A stretch of 63,413 bases of DNA, the filler included, from Stramenopiles sp. TOSAG23-3 (taxonomy: Eukaryota), in assembly GCA_900128585.1 (NCBI GenBank). It is 6 parts of 6 records of this genome, joined end to end, with 100 filler letters (N's around TTAATTAATTAA, not from the genome) between each part and the next. Parts side by side here need not be neighbours in the genome. Positions count along the whole stretch, not along the records: positions 29,866 to 44,648 come from LT642544.1; 5 more parts are not named here. One strand, given 5' to 3'. The notes under the pieces were generated by a model that had not been told where the DNA came from, ran no database searches, and worked only from the letters and a program-made list of their open reading frames with translations. Both the position numbers and the translations under genes were made by a program. Shown here piece by piece: positions 36,201 to 44,748 of the stretch (its first letter is position 1; each line of letters begins with the position of its first letter).

Positions 36201-39200
36201 AAAAAAGGAAGATTACCTATTGTCACAGTATTGCACTATTTTCTGGAAACGTTTTTTTTGCAATGGATATGGATGCCTGTCGAACTTTGCTTATTTCTCA
36301 TATTAATGTTTACTTCATTTTTGCACGTGGAGTACCACCGCTGTCTGTTTCAACTAAGAAACAAAGCTCTTGGAAGATATGATAAAATGTACTTCACGGT
36401 CCCGCTTAGCTTTTTTCGGGGGGCATTCATTTTCAGTTACCGAATCTCCAGAACCGTTTTACTCTTTATTTTCACTTGTTTTTTATGTGTTTACTTTTTG
36501 TTAGAGTCTGTGCTTTTCCTGGTTTCTTGGTTCTTTGTTTTCTTGGTATATTGTTGTACTCTTGGGCTTATAGAAATCGAACACCAAATTTACCAGAACG
36601 AACTGATGGCTGGTATCAACTTCTTATACTCGGGAAAGAAGGAAGCGGGGGGGAAGAAAGTGGTGAAATGGAAAGAAAGAAAAGTCGGTCCTAAATCGAA
36701 CGGAAAAGATGCTGATGTCATTAAGAGGCAAGGGTCCTCCTTTCAATTACGACGGCAGTACACAGTAGTGCTGAGAACTTGGTTTGAGCGCGTAACAGAT
36801 CCACGGCTGTATTATGTGGTCCCCGTTTTCTTTATTAGAAGTTTGGCGTGTCTTATTTTTACTCTCGTTTTACTGCCATTTGTTGTTATCTCCGCTACGG
36901 TAAATTATACGGTTACATTTGTAGTCTACTGCGGGCCTGAGCGGAAGAATCTTGATGAGCGCCGTAAACAGCTGTGGGAAAAAGAAGAAATTACTCATAA
37001 CATTATGAACATAATAGAGATCCACCTGTTTTCGTCGTATGAATTTGTGCCAAAAACCTTGCTTTTTTTAATTTCATTGCCATTGCAGATAGTCCTCTTT
37101 GCAATCATATGCATTTCCCCCCCATGCTTAGCTCTGAAATGTATAAGAAGATTATGTGATCGAAACACGTCATATGCAGAGAAGGCGTACAAAACTATAC
37201 CTTCGACTTTCCTGGATGTGTGCAAATGGTGGCTTGCTTTGTTTCTAAAGTATGATCTACCTGTACTGTTCGTCCTTGTATGCTTAATTTTGTTGGTACT
37301 ATTTGCCGTTGTGTTTGTGCTGGAGCTAAGCATGTATCTGTTAGTGTGCATTACGGTCGTACAGGCAGTTGAGTGCAAAGACGAACTAGAAGAGTTGCTC
37401 GGTGAAACGGGCGGTAAAAAAGCGATAAATGTCCGAAGAATGTCAGCCCACTATTTATCGCAGGATATGCACGCTTCAGTTGTTGAGATTAATCCCGTCC
37501 CAGCCGTTGTTACCAACAGCTTTGTGGGCGTGAAGGAAGACAAAGAAGCGGCGGAGGAAAAAGACGCATATTCGAACAACGCTTCGCTGGAACGACTTAT
37601 CCAGCTGGAAGTGTTGCCGTATGAACAAACGGTTTTGGTATATGACAAATGTGATAAAGATGAAGAAAAGGCAAGGCAAAGACTAATGAAGCTGGTCCAG
37701 TACGACATGTTAATTATGAAATTACGCAAGCTGAGTCCTGGACTTTATGATCGCGAAAAAATTCTGTGCGTCTTGGAGCAATGTGGTTACAATGAAAGGA
37801 AAGCTAGGGACGAGATTGTAATGAATACACTCACCATATGGCTTGTCAGGGCCAGGAATTTTCTTTCGATAGTCCCTAAACATTTGTCAAAAGCCATTCT
37901 GTTTTACATAAGGCAAACAATATGCTTGCCCTTTTATATCATTTCGCTCGCGATGGTACTACTTACTTCTATCTTGCTTGTCTTCACTGTGCAGTTATGG
38001 ACCAAGCTTATGGATAAAAAGCGGCCTCTGTCTGATCGAATAATGCCGTTTTATCGCCCAACGTTTGAGAATTTCTATTTGTCAATACTTTTCTATTTAT
38101 TCCTTCCGATGCAAGCAGTCATGTCATTGATTATTTTGGGTTGTGGGTTTGAGGCAAAACGTTGGTGGATAGAACTATTCTTCAACCCAGAAAAAGTTGC
38201 TTGGAAATTGCGCATATTTTACACGACATGGAAATATTTCATTCTGACGATGAGAAAAACCGGGGCTGAGGCCGGGGACTTTGCTGATGCAGCAGGGGAA
38301 TTTGTCGCCACGAAAATTAAGAAAATGGTAGGTGGTGCCGGGGGTATTGTCGTGGCTCTTCTTAAATTGTTCATTGCACTCTGTGCAATTGCTATTGCTG
38401 TGCCTATTGGGGCAGTGGAATTGTGTTTCTTTATAATCATCTGCATTTTTCGTGTCGAATACTATGATTGTATCTATGAAATTAAACATGGGGATACGCT
38501 TTGGGATGCGCATTGGGTTTTTCGAGCTTTGTGGGCAATCCCCCCTCACTTTTTTATCACCCTTGTTTTTCTTGCATACTTCCCTTTCCTTGTGTTAATG
38601 TTTGCGGTAATCTCGGGGACAGGAGTTCAACTCAAACAATGCTTAAAAGATCTAGGCTATTGGTATGACGAGGATAAGTTAGCATTGACAGACTTAGAGC
38701 TTACCGAGATTTTTGAAATGGAAGTAGTGGACAAGTTCCTTCGTTGCCCTTCAATGGAATCCAATGACGAGAAAAGGGATGATGTTTGTGAATTATTGTC
38801 CCTATATAAGTACCATATTATTCAGGAGAGGGATAGAAACAATAAAAATGCAACCAATTATTCCTTGTCTGATAAAGAGTTTGATCGTATCCGAGCGCGT
38901 TTAAAGCCAGTTTTGCTTAATGCTTGCATTAAGAAAATCAATGCGATCGAAGGTAGCCTTAAGAAAGTTTTACAAAACAGGAAAGAAGAGCGACGATATG
39001 CTCGATATTGGACTGCTATTCCTAAGAATTTTATCGAAATGTGCGCAATCATTTTGAAGTTGTTGCTAAATTTTACAATTGTGACCACTAAATATTCATT
39101 CAAGGGTCTTTTGTTCTTTTTTAAATTGCTAATTTTGGACATAATAATCATGATACCTTTGACAGTTTCGTACACGGCAATAATGCTTTCCATGTTTTTA

Positions 39201-41282
39201 GTGGTTTTCTTTTCTGTTCAAAATACCGTATGTATTAAGCAAATAAAGGAAGCCTGGAAAAGGAATAAATCAGCAGCTATTGCTGAAAAAAATACTGCCA
39301 AAGTTGCAGAGGCTGTAGAAGCGGGCAAAGGAAAGGTTGAAAAGTCTACAGAAATAAAGCAAACCGATACCACGAAAGATAGCACGGGTGGTATTTACAT
39401 AGAAATCTTCAGAATAATGGTTAAGCATTTTCTGACTGCACTTATGTTTTGGGTCTACTTTCCATTTTGGTTATTAGGTATAATATTCACTACGGTGTGT
39501 CCACCGTGTAGCTACTCGCGCCAGATGTGGTCAGACTTGTTGTGTAATAAGAAATTGTCTAGGGAGGAAAGAATTTGGGGTGTTGTGGGTAAGTATGCTT
39601 TGAAAACGTTGGGGTACTGTGCGGAGAAAGTTGGCCATTGCTTAACTACTTGCTTTAAATGTGGCGCAACATCTCTTCGCATGCTGTCTTATTTTGTAGC
39701 CCTTTTAGTCACATTTCCCTTGCTTACTCTGTGGAGTGTTACTGTTACGGTCACTGTAGTGGCAGGCATAGTATTTTTGATACCTTGCCTGCAAGTATTA
39801 TTTAGAGGGCCTCCAAAACATGCAGCAGCCGCATTAGAAAAAAGAGACAAAGAATTTGTGAACTGGAAGAAAGTCGGCTGGATTTGTAGTGTAACAATGA
39901 GATGTTTCTTCTACAGCATCTTCCTATGGTTGCTTGGTGGCCCATGCTTGTTTTATTTGCTGTTACTGTACTGTTTTATTGGTGCAAGGTCGAAAGCAGA
40001 AAAGGATGAACTTAGCTACATTACGTCGATCGTATTTGCAAAGCACGCCAGCTATTGCAAAAGGAAATTTGAGGATCGTGCAGACAAACCATCCATAGAA
40101 TCTTACAGTATGGAATTCAAAAACTGTAAAGAAGATACAGTTATAACAGCATACGAAACGGCACTCAAGCGTGGAAATGAAAAGCTTATCACAACATTTT
40201 TGAAGGACGGAGGAATCGCGTTTCAGTTTGAAATTTTGGACGGGGTGTGGCTTCTGTACCCCCTGTCTCTGCGATTACTATTTCGACACTTAAAGTCTGC
40301 CTTGCTTGGTTTGTTTGGCTTGTGGCGCCTTTGTATAAAGGCTTTAATTGCGATGTTTTTTGCGTCGTTGTGGTTAGGTTTAGGTGTTCCGTGTATCCTT
40401 GTGGTTGTTCCGACTCCCTTTCGTAGCGATATGTTTCTCGAATTTAAAACTAATGGTGGCCATGTGAAGAACCCGAAAAACTTGCTTTTAACTTGGAAAT
40501 ATTTCTGTTATGCATTGCCTTGGATTATTTTGTTCCCGGTGCAGTATATAATTGCGTTTCCAATAGTTTCTTGTTTCCAAAACAAAGAGGAAAAGGACCT
40601 TAGGGTTGAGGAGTACAAAAAGGTGGGTTCACCGAAGAAGTATTGGCTGTATGCAATGTATGCGGCCAACCCCATCTTTATTCGCATTGCGCGCACTAAA
40701 GTGGGCCCGGGGGTCTACAAAGTTTTCTTTTTGTGCTCGAAGCTTCTCGGTGCTGTAGTTCTTTTGCCCTTTGTTATAGCTCTTCTCTTGTTGGAAGGGC
40801 TCATGCTGGTTACATGCGCAATCAGCGGGATATTGGTCCTGGATTTCCACATTATTAAGGCAATACGACAGTTCTACCAGGAGGAAAAAGATTATTTTCT
40901 ATTGGGACTAGTCATTCCCCAGTATTTTCTCCTCGCGGTCATATTTATAATGTGGGCACCATGTTTCTGGCTTTTGAGGGGATTGGTAATTCTTTTTGGT
41001 GGGAAAGAACGCCGCAGGCAACTGAAGGAGGACCTTCTCAATCCTGAAGGAGACCATTTTTATCTTGTGTGGCCTGTTTTGTTCCACTTTTTTTTTACAT
41101 TTACTTCGCTGTTGCGAATCCCATGCGCCTTGGCTCTTCTTCCGTGTGCTTGGATAACTCGTGGTGCCGCACACATCGTATTTTTTCCGTGGCGTCAGCG
41201 TGGTGCTAAATATTTTCACGTGTGGCCAAAGAAGTTGGTAGTTTTTTTTCGGGACTCAAAACCGTTTCGAATGGCTTTATGA
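30213..41282 (+). CDS. Giant membrane protein: alpha2delta/CACHD1-like VWA_N-dCache-VWA-dCache ectodomain followed by a long repetitive polytopic region
   Basis: WQYVGTATGYHRFYPA, YDPRTRPWY..PKDMVIIIDSSGSM (MIDAS DxSxS, then GRTNY and FLTDG), PYYD..G.V.T..VVGID, AFLID..G.VLYHP, second YYDPRKRPWY..YIDA..VAGID. Dozens of hydrophobic helices follow from about 34570. Confidence 0.85.
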   Translation: MLTSAKSLARAAFCTFCFSLLVRNDFVNGGAPGFEQVVGDVSQMLKNLADEELCVPDIQDSYSKATYVRSNEDGSNILDKIAEGVKKTVQRILIDPVERIKRKLETQLSAENFEQLEKRAKELYDDGRWSPDFCQNFHAEAEPYSASFLRKVDLTKSCAGNPWYARNETLEDTLLFQAAFDQGDIDAEFKENMKSVKTLKWQYVGTATGYHRFYPAAPRKPWGSSTGRSIPTEQRDWANIFFLLILPGLVFHLWFYKIKPYYGIWFFVKSKDGKRLVKQHSRENREGPDKEKKTIRSSRVDGADGEIEEKDSTADMHDLEKYASHDTTIETGQLYSRRFIAYIALAQFWLTYVPFTVTLLVGFKTTPQSDGEFVDKFGAVNFETMGPLSGGLVAIIVLWVLAVIGLICQTLFIYSQVNQIVREQNDDDGDEESNAKKGFGRKCSSYFFFGVVIPYILMHLSLYFLTDIDAYDPRTRPWYVKAAGEPKDMVIIIDSSGSMMEHDRMKYAKAAAKKVLTTLNEDDRVAVISFATEAHFPGVEFVTEIEAARKKGEGDQFNDREIRTRMERQEKISQNPFDFTCTDGQHKRMAPANYHNKEFFMDFIEGIKPSGRTNYIAAFRAAFEYLNTRPNNHITPRKSAIVFLTDGAPTEPHKSGKREDYVLKNFKEAKKVLNELRATMQNPPHLFTYVLGSDMSEEERVQLSDITNIPKFIDDGDVGDLMVSMGTYYEQADYLYDSKTAKTVMTLPYYDYDGLGVVLTAAAPIFRNVGNFKNVTAIASEQERYVGVVGIDMAVADIFKDLVDSTRHGKRSFAFLIDFSGRVLYHPNLPSPEQNTGNQPKFVDIQDLLIVQSCSGVHSIWNNTGGVDTTMVNSIRTGMMSGGSGSQRLKMTMLYPRGGASEGASSATFCGKLHWKRIDNAEFSLGFFLEDEDATRYIIPVDSVTHKETTKYLERDTDYYHRIDVVPSPGAYFEDGFPACDGFYVQVNASFNESCWKLAASSFQNSYYYIQEGDEDRGKPLKDRIERVKTLNRLINSDDTKSKLDFGKIARPRVREDIFLTRKVESCWLSRVDRTVEGTKRGINRYIGTENGVFRQLPCAPLSRYYDPRKRPWYMRSSEYPNWYALSTYIDAFSGNPVTTLSKGIMHNQTVKAVAGIDVSVEAIAKIFQVALQRITNEEWKTFYVVDLSGALIYHPDIVQFKSLLSSTGSPHLSKLTGDNEKCLSDLLGWETSICKDLSSMKYFETSQLTGGLVGLRVRETLVAQRIPNSNAVLIVKKNNMDCKILEDNTITQDEKFRNYFCKDPPCKVVEKLDACSNNVIPWKSCSGACPVPYAGEYQTIYYDGGTSPEVKQFIDSGKWGKTVRFDVHKGSDGKGQSRYIFYKPSDNTDQSGKVRFASPYSCNTQKGDCFVQGSTAPTRQIVRMSGVCPQQVPSAGNFKEEMNLWYFPCISLYWIIAIFLFVSAIYFLAVKIRRGNTTVKKHMWCYFALLLSPVLLCCAAIQMFMVGIIWISPVEYDKWKEEFFDPKGKRSGRTVTEHFLVTPKYFCESLLHLFLVPAYILGTVIISSSSILPPHFAKNYRAFVRNLEANEEMDREDRWMKFIPVHTYVALKDWFLFILFPVIFAWVVLEFVMLLSLAIMDSYLFSLACDELGPGQDRAAFVLKMIRSFLSAIYGDEEDPKKHVSELFLVIPKYFVLSIFAFVWKTFELPMFAVILITGLHAKRCYRKMFGLWQGYYSYYERWYTVVPTQFTCLTIDIIALCFVVLPLILGASVALLIWILVEVFLMCPVIGLSYAPGGAYYLDDVWEKIMETPDEQETHGKVEKRSITIEMNKMEGKTSEDAVEDVNKGENEVDDAWLGVILRKDFANNAVVREIYAKCNKHETETIKRLKDLNKFVLVSGDIWKSYKKWFCNIFYKATMVIPYYFYLALKQNAVFFLNCLQFIVAMPMFVCILFPSPGELVFFGAFGTDLTVALCWQDLTAYWKTDKTGEEKEKKGRLPIVTVLHYFLETFFLQWIWMPVELCLFLILMFTSFLHVEYHRCLFQLRNKALGRYDKMYFTVPLSFFRGAFIFSYRISRTVLLFIFTCFLCVYFLLESVLFLVSWFFVFLVYCCTLGLIEIEHQIYQNELMAGINFLYSGKKEAGGKKVVKWKERKVGPKSNGKDADVIKRQGSSFQLRRQYTVVLRTWFERVTDPRLYYVVPVFFIRSLACLIFTLVLLPFVVISATVNYTVTFVVYCGPERKNLDERRKQLWEKEEITHNIMNIIEIHLFSSYEFVPKTLLFLISLPLQIVLFAIICISPPCLALKCIRRLCDRNTSYAEKAYKTIPSTFLDVCKWWLALFLKYDLPVLFVLVCLILLVLFAVVFVLELSMYLLVCITVVQAVECKDELEELLGETGGKKAINVRRMSAHYLSQDMHASVVEINPVPAVVTNSFVGVKEDKEAAEEKDAYSNNASLERLIQLEVLPYEQTVLVYDKCDKDEEKARQRLMKLVQYDMLIMKLRKLSPGLYDREKILCVLEQCGYNERKARDEIVMNTLTIWLVRARNFLSIVPKHLSKAILFYIRQTICLPFYIISLAMVLLTSILLVFTVQLWTKLMDKKRPLSDRIMPFYRPTFENFYLSILFYLFLPMQAVMSLIILGCGFEAKRWWIELFFNPEKVAWKLRIFYTTWKYFILTMRKTGAEAGDFADAAGEFVATKIKKMVGGAGGIVVALLKLFIALCAIAIAVPIGAVELCFFIIICIFRVEYYDCIYEIKHGDTLWDAHWVFRALWAIPPHFFITLVFLAYFPFLVLMFAVISGTGVQLKQCLKDLGYWYDEDKLALTDLELTEIFEMEVVDKFLRCPSMESNDEKRDDVCELLSLYKYHIIQERDRNNKNATNYSLSDKEFDRIRARLKPVLLNACIKKINAIEGSLKKVLQNRKEERRYARYWTAIPKNFIEMCAIILKLLLNFTIVTTKYSFKGLLFFFKLLILDIIIMIPLTVSYTAIMLSMFLVVFFSVQNTVCIKQIKEAWKRNKSAAIAEKNTAKVAEAVEAGKGKVEKSTEIKQTDTTKDSTGGIYIEIFRIMVKHFLTALMFWVYFPFWLLGIIFTTVCPPCSYSRQMWSDLLCNKKLSREERIWGVVGKYALKTLGYCAEKVGHCLTTCFKCGATSLRMLSYFVALLVTFPLLTLWSVTVTVTVVAGIVFLIPCLQVLFRGPPKHAAAALEKRDKEFVNWKKVGWICSVTMRCFFYSIFLWLLGGPCLFYLLLLYCFIGARSKAEKDELSYITSIVFAKHASYCKRKFEDRADKPSIESYSMEFKNCKEDTVITAYETALKRGNEKLITTFLKDGGIAFQFEILDGVWLLYPLSLRLLFRHLKSALLGLFGLWRLCIKALIAMFFASLWLGLGVPCILVVVPTPFRSDMFLEFKTNGGHVKNPKNLLLTWKYFCYALPWIILFPVQYIIAFPIVSCFQNKEEKDLRVEEYKKVGSPKKYWLYAMYAANPIFIRIARTKVGPGVYKVFFLCSKLLGAVVLLPFVIALLLLEGLMLVTCAISGILVLDFHIIKAIRQFYQEEKDYFLLGLVIPQYFLLAVIFIMWAPCFWLLRGLVILFGGKERRRQLKEDLLNPEGDHFYLVWPVLFHFFFTFTSLLRIPCALALLPCAWITRGAAHIVFFPWRQRGAKYFHVWPKKLVVFFRDSKPFRMAL

Positions 41283-41307
41283 TGTTGAGAATGGCCTTGG
41301 ATACAAT

Positions 41308-42597
41308 ATGCGCTGGCACATAACTTGGCAAGAAATTTCCAAATTGTGTTGGAATGTTCTGCTGTTCCCGATTGCTGTGAATCTTGCTTTCGTGGTTCTC
41401 TTGTACGACCTTGGTACAGTTATCTTTTGCCTCCAAGCACATATATTCTACGCGTTGGGTGGTTTCTTCGTCGCACAATCGGGGAGAATTTGGCCGATCA
41501 AGCTGGCAATACTTGCAACTCATATGACGCTTCTAATAATTTTCTATGTGTACGTCGTGCAGGTGCCACTCGCGTTGACGGATACGCGTGGTTTATTCTG
41601 GACTCGTGGTATGTTTAACGCATGCTCGAAAGAAGCCTTGGCGGATGGAAGTTGTGAAGACTATATTAACCATGCCGAGTATGATGTGAGTGCGAGCTAT
41701 CGTCTTGCCCATGATATTGCAGCTTTATTCTTCGCTTGTCCTGCTACAGTGGCGCTAATTCTCAATTTTGTTCACTTTTACCAACTTTATTTTAAGGAAA
41801 GACCTTTTATTATCGCACAATGGCGAAAGATAACACAACTGATTGGAAAACCTGACGTTAAAAAACTTACGGAGGGGAAATTGAGGACGATTAATTTGAA
41901 AAAACGAAAAATCAACGACGCAGACTGCTTCACTATTGCGCAAATTTTAAGTAAAGCAAAAAGGATAAATGAATTAATTATTTCGGAGAACCATATTGGG
42001 CCGCATGGTTGCTTGTTACTAGAGTCTGCTAGCGTAAATCTAGACAATTGTGAAACCTTCAATTTTGATGACAATCACTTTGGAGATATGGGGATCGTCT
42101 TTTTGAGCAGAATGTTGTTCAAATCGGTAGCACTCGTAGAACTAAATCTCTCCCACAACAGTATATCTAGCAATGGATTTCTGGAAGTGTTGCAAGGACT
42201 GTCGCCAGACATGACCACGTTTGAAAGTTTGATTATGCAAGGAAACAATATTGATGATACTGGCATGGAGTATTTTGCTGACGCAATGTTTGAAGGCAAT
42301 AAGACATGCCTTGAATTTCTTAGAACAATTGATTTTAGTGGAAACAAGATAACGGGCAAATCCTTTGATTCAATAAGCAACGCTTTGGGGAAAATGCGAC
42401 ATCTGGAGCATATTTATTTGAATGATAATAACATTTCAGACGACAGTTTTGAGAAACTGGAATTGGTTTTGTTGGGGTGCGGATCACTGATATCATTAGA
42501 CATGTCACACAATAACATTTCATATGAGCGTGCAAAGCAATTCTACAAAAAATGGGAAGACGCCGGAAAAGACAGAGCTAGTCTTCACATGGAATAA
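41308..42597 (+). CDS. TM segments + RNI-like leucine-rich repeats; probably the C-terminus of the giant protein
   Basis: LRRs (ELIISENHIGPHG, FNFDDNHFGDMG, LNLSHNSISSNG, LIMQGNNIDDTG, IDFSGNKITG, IYLNDNNISD). This frame is open back to the T8 run at 41242-41249; deleting one T fuses it to the upstream ORF (4127 aa). Confidence 0.8.
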   Translation: MRWHITWQEISKLCWNVLLFPIAVNLAFVVLLYDLGTVIFCLQAHIFYALGGFFVAQSGRIWPIKLAILATHMTLLIIFYVYVVQVPLALTDTRGLFWTRGMFNACSKEALADGSCEDYINHAEYDVSASYRLAHDIAALFFACPATVALILNFVHFYQLYFKERPFIIAQWRKITQLIGKPDVKKLTEGKLRTINLKKRKINDADCFTIAQILSKAKRINELIISENHIGPHGCLLLESASVNLDNCETFNFDDNHFGDMGIVFLSRMLFKSVALVELNLSHNSISSNGFLEVLQGLSPDMTTFESLIMQGNNIDDTGMEYFADAMFEGNKTCLEFLRTIDFSGNKITGKSFDSISNALGKMRHLEHIYLNDNNISDDSFEKLELVLLGCGSLISLDMSHNNISYERAKQFYKKWEDAGKDRASLHME

Positions 42598-43149
42598 TTC
42601 TGAATAATTAACCCTAATATTTTATAGATTAGATACTAATAAAAACTATAGACTAGTTACATCATCTTATTTTCTTCTCTACAGGTAATAATACAGGTAG
42701 GTAAGGAAAAATACCCGTACAGGTACCAGGTACCGTACCACCTATAAATGTACACTTATTACATTACTCATCCTCGCAACTGCTGGTGTAAACGGTATCC
42801 CCCAACGAGAATATCGGTGCCTACCCGTATCAGGTTTCCTTCCCGGTACGGTAGTCGTTCTTCTTTTCTTCTCTATAAAAAAAAATTTTTTTTTTAAATA
42901 ATAATATAATGCATAGAGTCGTCGTCGTCTGCTGAAAAAAAACACAACAAAAGTAAATACTAGTATAAAACCAAAGTAGTAAATAATGAACACCGGTAAG
43001 CATCGCACTCCCCCCCCCTTCTCTCTCAGATCTTTTGTCGCAAATTGAGAGCCTACACCAGAAGTGATATTCCTTTTAACGTTTTTCACACTAGAAAAGC
43101 GAAGAGATTTTTAGGAAACAGATTGTTGCAATCTTGTCGCTATCAAAAC

Positions 43150-44370
43150 ATGCTCCTCCTTTACCATGTTTGTTTGGTGTTCGTTTTTCTAACGTTTAGC
43201 TGCCACGCCCGTGTCTATTTTACGGAAACTTTTGATGATGATGGGGTAGTTGGGGAAGGGGTTTATGAAAAGTGGCAAACAGCAGAAGGATCTTCTGGTG
43301 AGAATATGGGGGACTGGGGGATAGTATCTTCATCTATACCATTCCGGTTTGATATTGAGGTGGAATCTTCGAAGTTGTATACGTTTCCGGGAGAAAGTGT
43401 GCACGAACAACACTTGGACCGTGGTTTGAAGACACTAAACAATTTTTCCTATTACCGTTTGAGTAGCATGTTGACGACTCCGTTTTATAGCAAAGGGACA
43501 ACTTTATACTTGCAATTTTCATTGAGGCTTGATCAAATTGATGGACTTGACTGTGGCGGGGCTTACGTTAAACTTTTCCCAGGTGGACTTAAACCAAAAG
43601 AGCTAGACGGTAATACTCCTTATGCATTTTTGTTTGGTCCAGACTTATGCGGTTCAACATCTCAAGGGACAAAAATAATTATTGGGTATGATTCAACACA
43701 GCAACCAGGCATGAATGTGAATCGTAGAAATGTTCGTCTTCAAAAGAAGCTGCATTGTGAAATGGACAAAGCGACCCACTTGTACACTCTGATCGTGCGC
43801 CCCGACAACACCTACGAATACCACATCGACGGGTTGATGTCCGACCATGGGACCCTTGGCGAACATTTTGAAGCGCTTCTGCCTCCAAAGCTGGTCTCAA
43901 ATTCGTCTGCTAAGAAACCTAAAAACTGGGTAGATGACCCTTTCACACCCGAAGCTTTGGATCCAACCTTGAAAGAAGCAAACAACCAACCAAAGTATAT
44001 TCCCGACCCAACAAAGCAAAAACCAGAAAAATGGAATGCTGAAGAAGACGGAGTATGGGAGCCCCCGTTGATTCCAAACCCCCGATGGAGGGCGGGCTCA
44101 GAGCCTCGTATGGTAAGAAACCCGAAGTACAAAGGGCCTTGGAAAGCTGGCCTTGTAAGAAATCCGGAGTACTCTGAGGAACGAGCAAAGTCATTATACC
44201 AGCAATGTAATCCATGCGAGCATATAGGGTTTGAATTGTGGCAAGTGGATGCGGGGACTGTTTTTGACGATATTTTGATAACGGACTCGGAAGATGAGCT
44301 AATGGAAGAAACGCGAAGAGTGCAAGAAAAACTTGCGTGGGAGAGATATACTCTGTCGGGCAAAAAGTGA
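43150..44370 (+). CDS. Calreticulin/calnexin-family lectin chaperone, soluble, lacking the acidic tail
   Basis: Signal peptide from ATG 43150; VYFTETF, LDCGGAYVKL, FGPDLCG, THLYTLIVRPDNTYE, P-domain repeats KPKNWVD, KPEKWNAEEDGVWEPP, NPKYKGPW; IGFELWQV..GTVFDDILITD. Confidence 0.88.
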   Translation: MLLLYHVCLVFVFLTFSCHARVYFTETFDDDGVVGEGVYEKWQTAEGSSGENMGDWGIVSSSIPFRFDIEVESSKLYTFPGESVHEQHLDRGLKTLNNFSYYRLSSMLTTPFYSKGTTLYLQFSLRLDQIDGLDCGGAYVKLFPGGLKPKELDGNTPYAFLFGPDLCGSTSQGTKIIIGYDSTQQPGMNVNRRNVRLQKKLHCEMDKATHLYTLIVRPDNTYEYHIDGLMSDHGTLGEHFEALLPPKLVSNSSAKKPKNWVDDPFTPEALDPTLKEANNQPKYIPDPTKQKPEKWNAEEDGVWEPPLIPNPRWRAGSEPRMVRNPKYKGPWKAGLVRNPEYSEERAKSLYQQCNPCEHIGFELWQVDAGTVFDDILITDSEDELMEETRRVQEKLAWERYTLSGKK

Positions 44371-44648
44371 TGTGTAAAAGAGTTTCCATTAATTACAACT
44401 CATTTCTTGCCTTAATAATTGGTAATATTGGAGGAAATTAAGGGAACAATATTGGGGATTGATTTGACCTAGTGTATTACCACCCTTCTTCACGTTAAAG
44501 TAAAATTTATATTGTTGATTGCACGATTAGCTGATGACAGGGGGGGGGGGGGGGGGGGGGGGGAAAAATTTTTTTTTTTTTATTAATCTCTAATAACGCA
44601 GCAGAGGAAGGAAAAGAAGACATGCTGTAAAGCTCTAATAGTAAAAGA

Positions 44649-44748
44649 NNNNNNNNNNNNNNNNNNNNNNNNNNNNNNNNNNNNNNNNNNNNTTAATTAA
44701 TTAANNNNNNNNNNNNNNNNNNNNNNNNNNNNNNNNNNNNNNNNNNNN
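44649..44748. other. Artificial contig linker
   Basis: 44 N + TTAATTAATTAA + 44 N. Confidence 0.97.

Noticed and set aside
44540-44563. G24 run as a G-quadruplex element
   Set aside because: Close to a contig end and next to poly-A/T runs; more likely a sequencing or assembly artefact.
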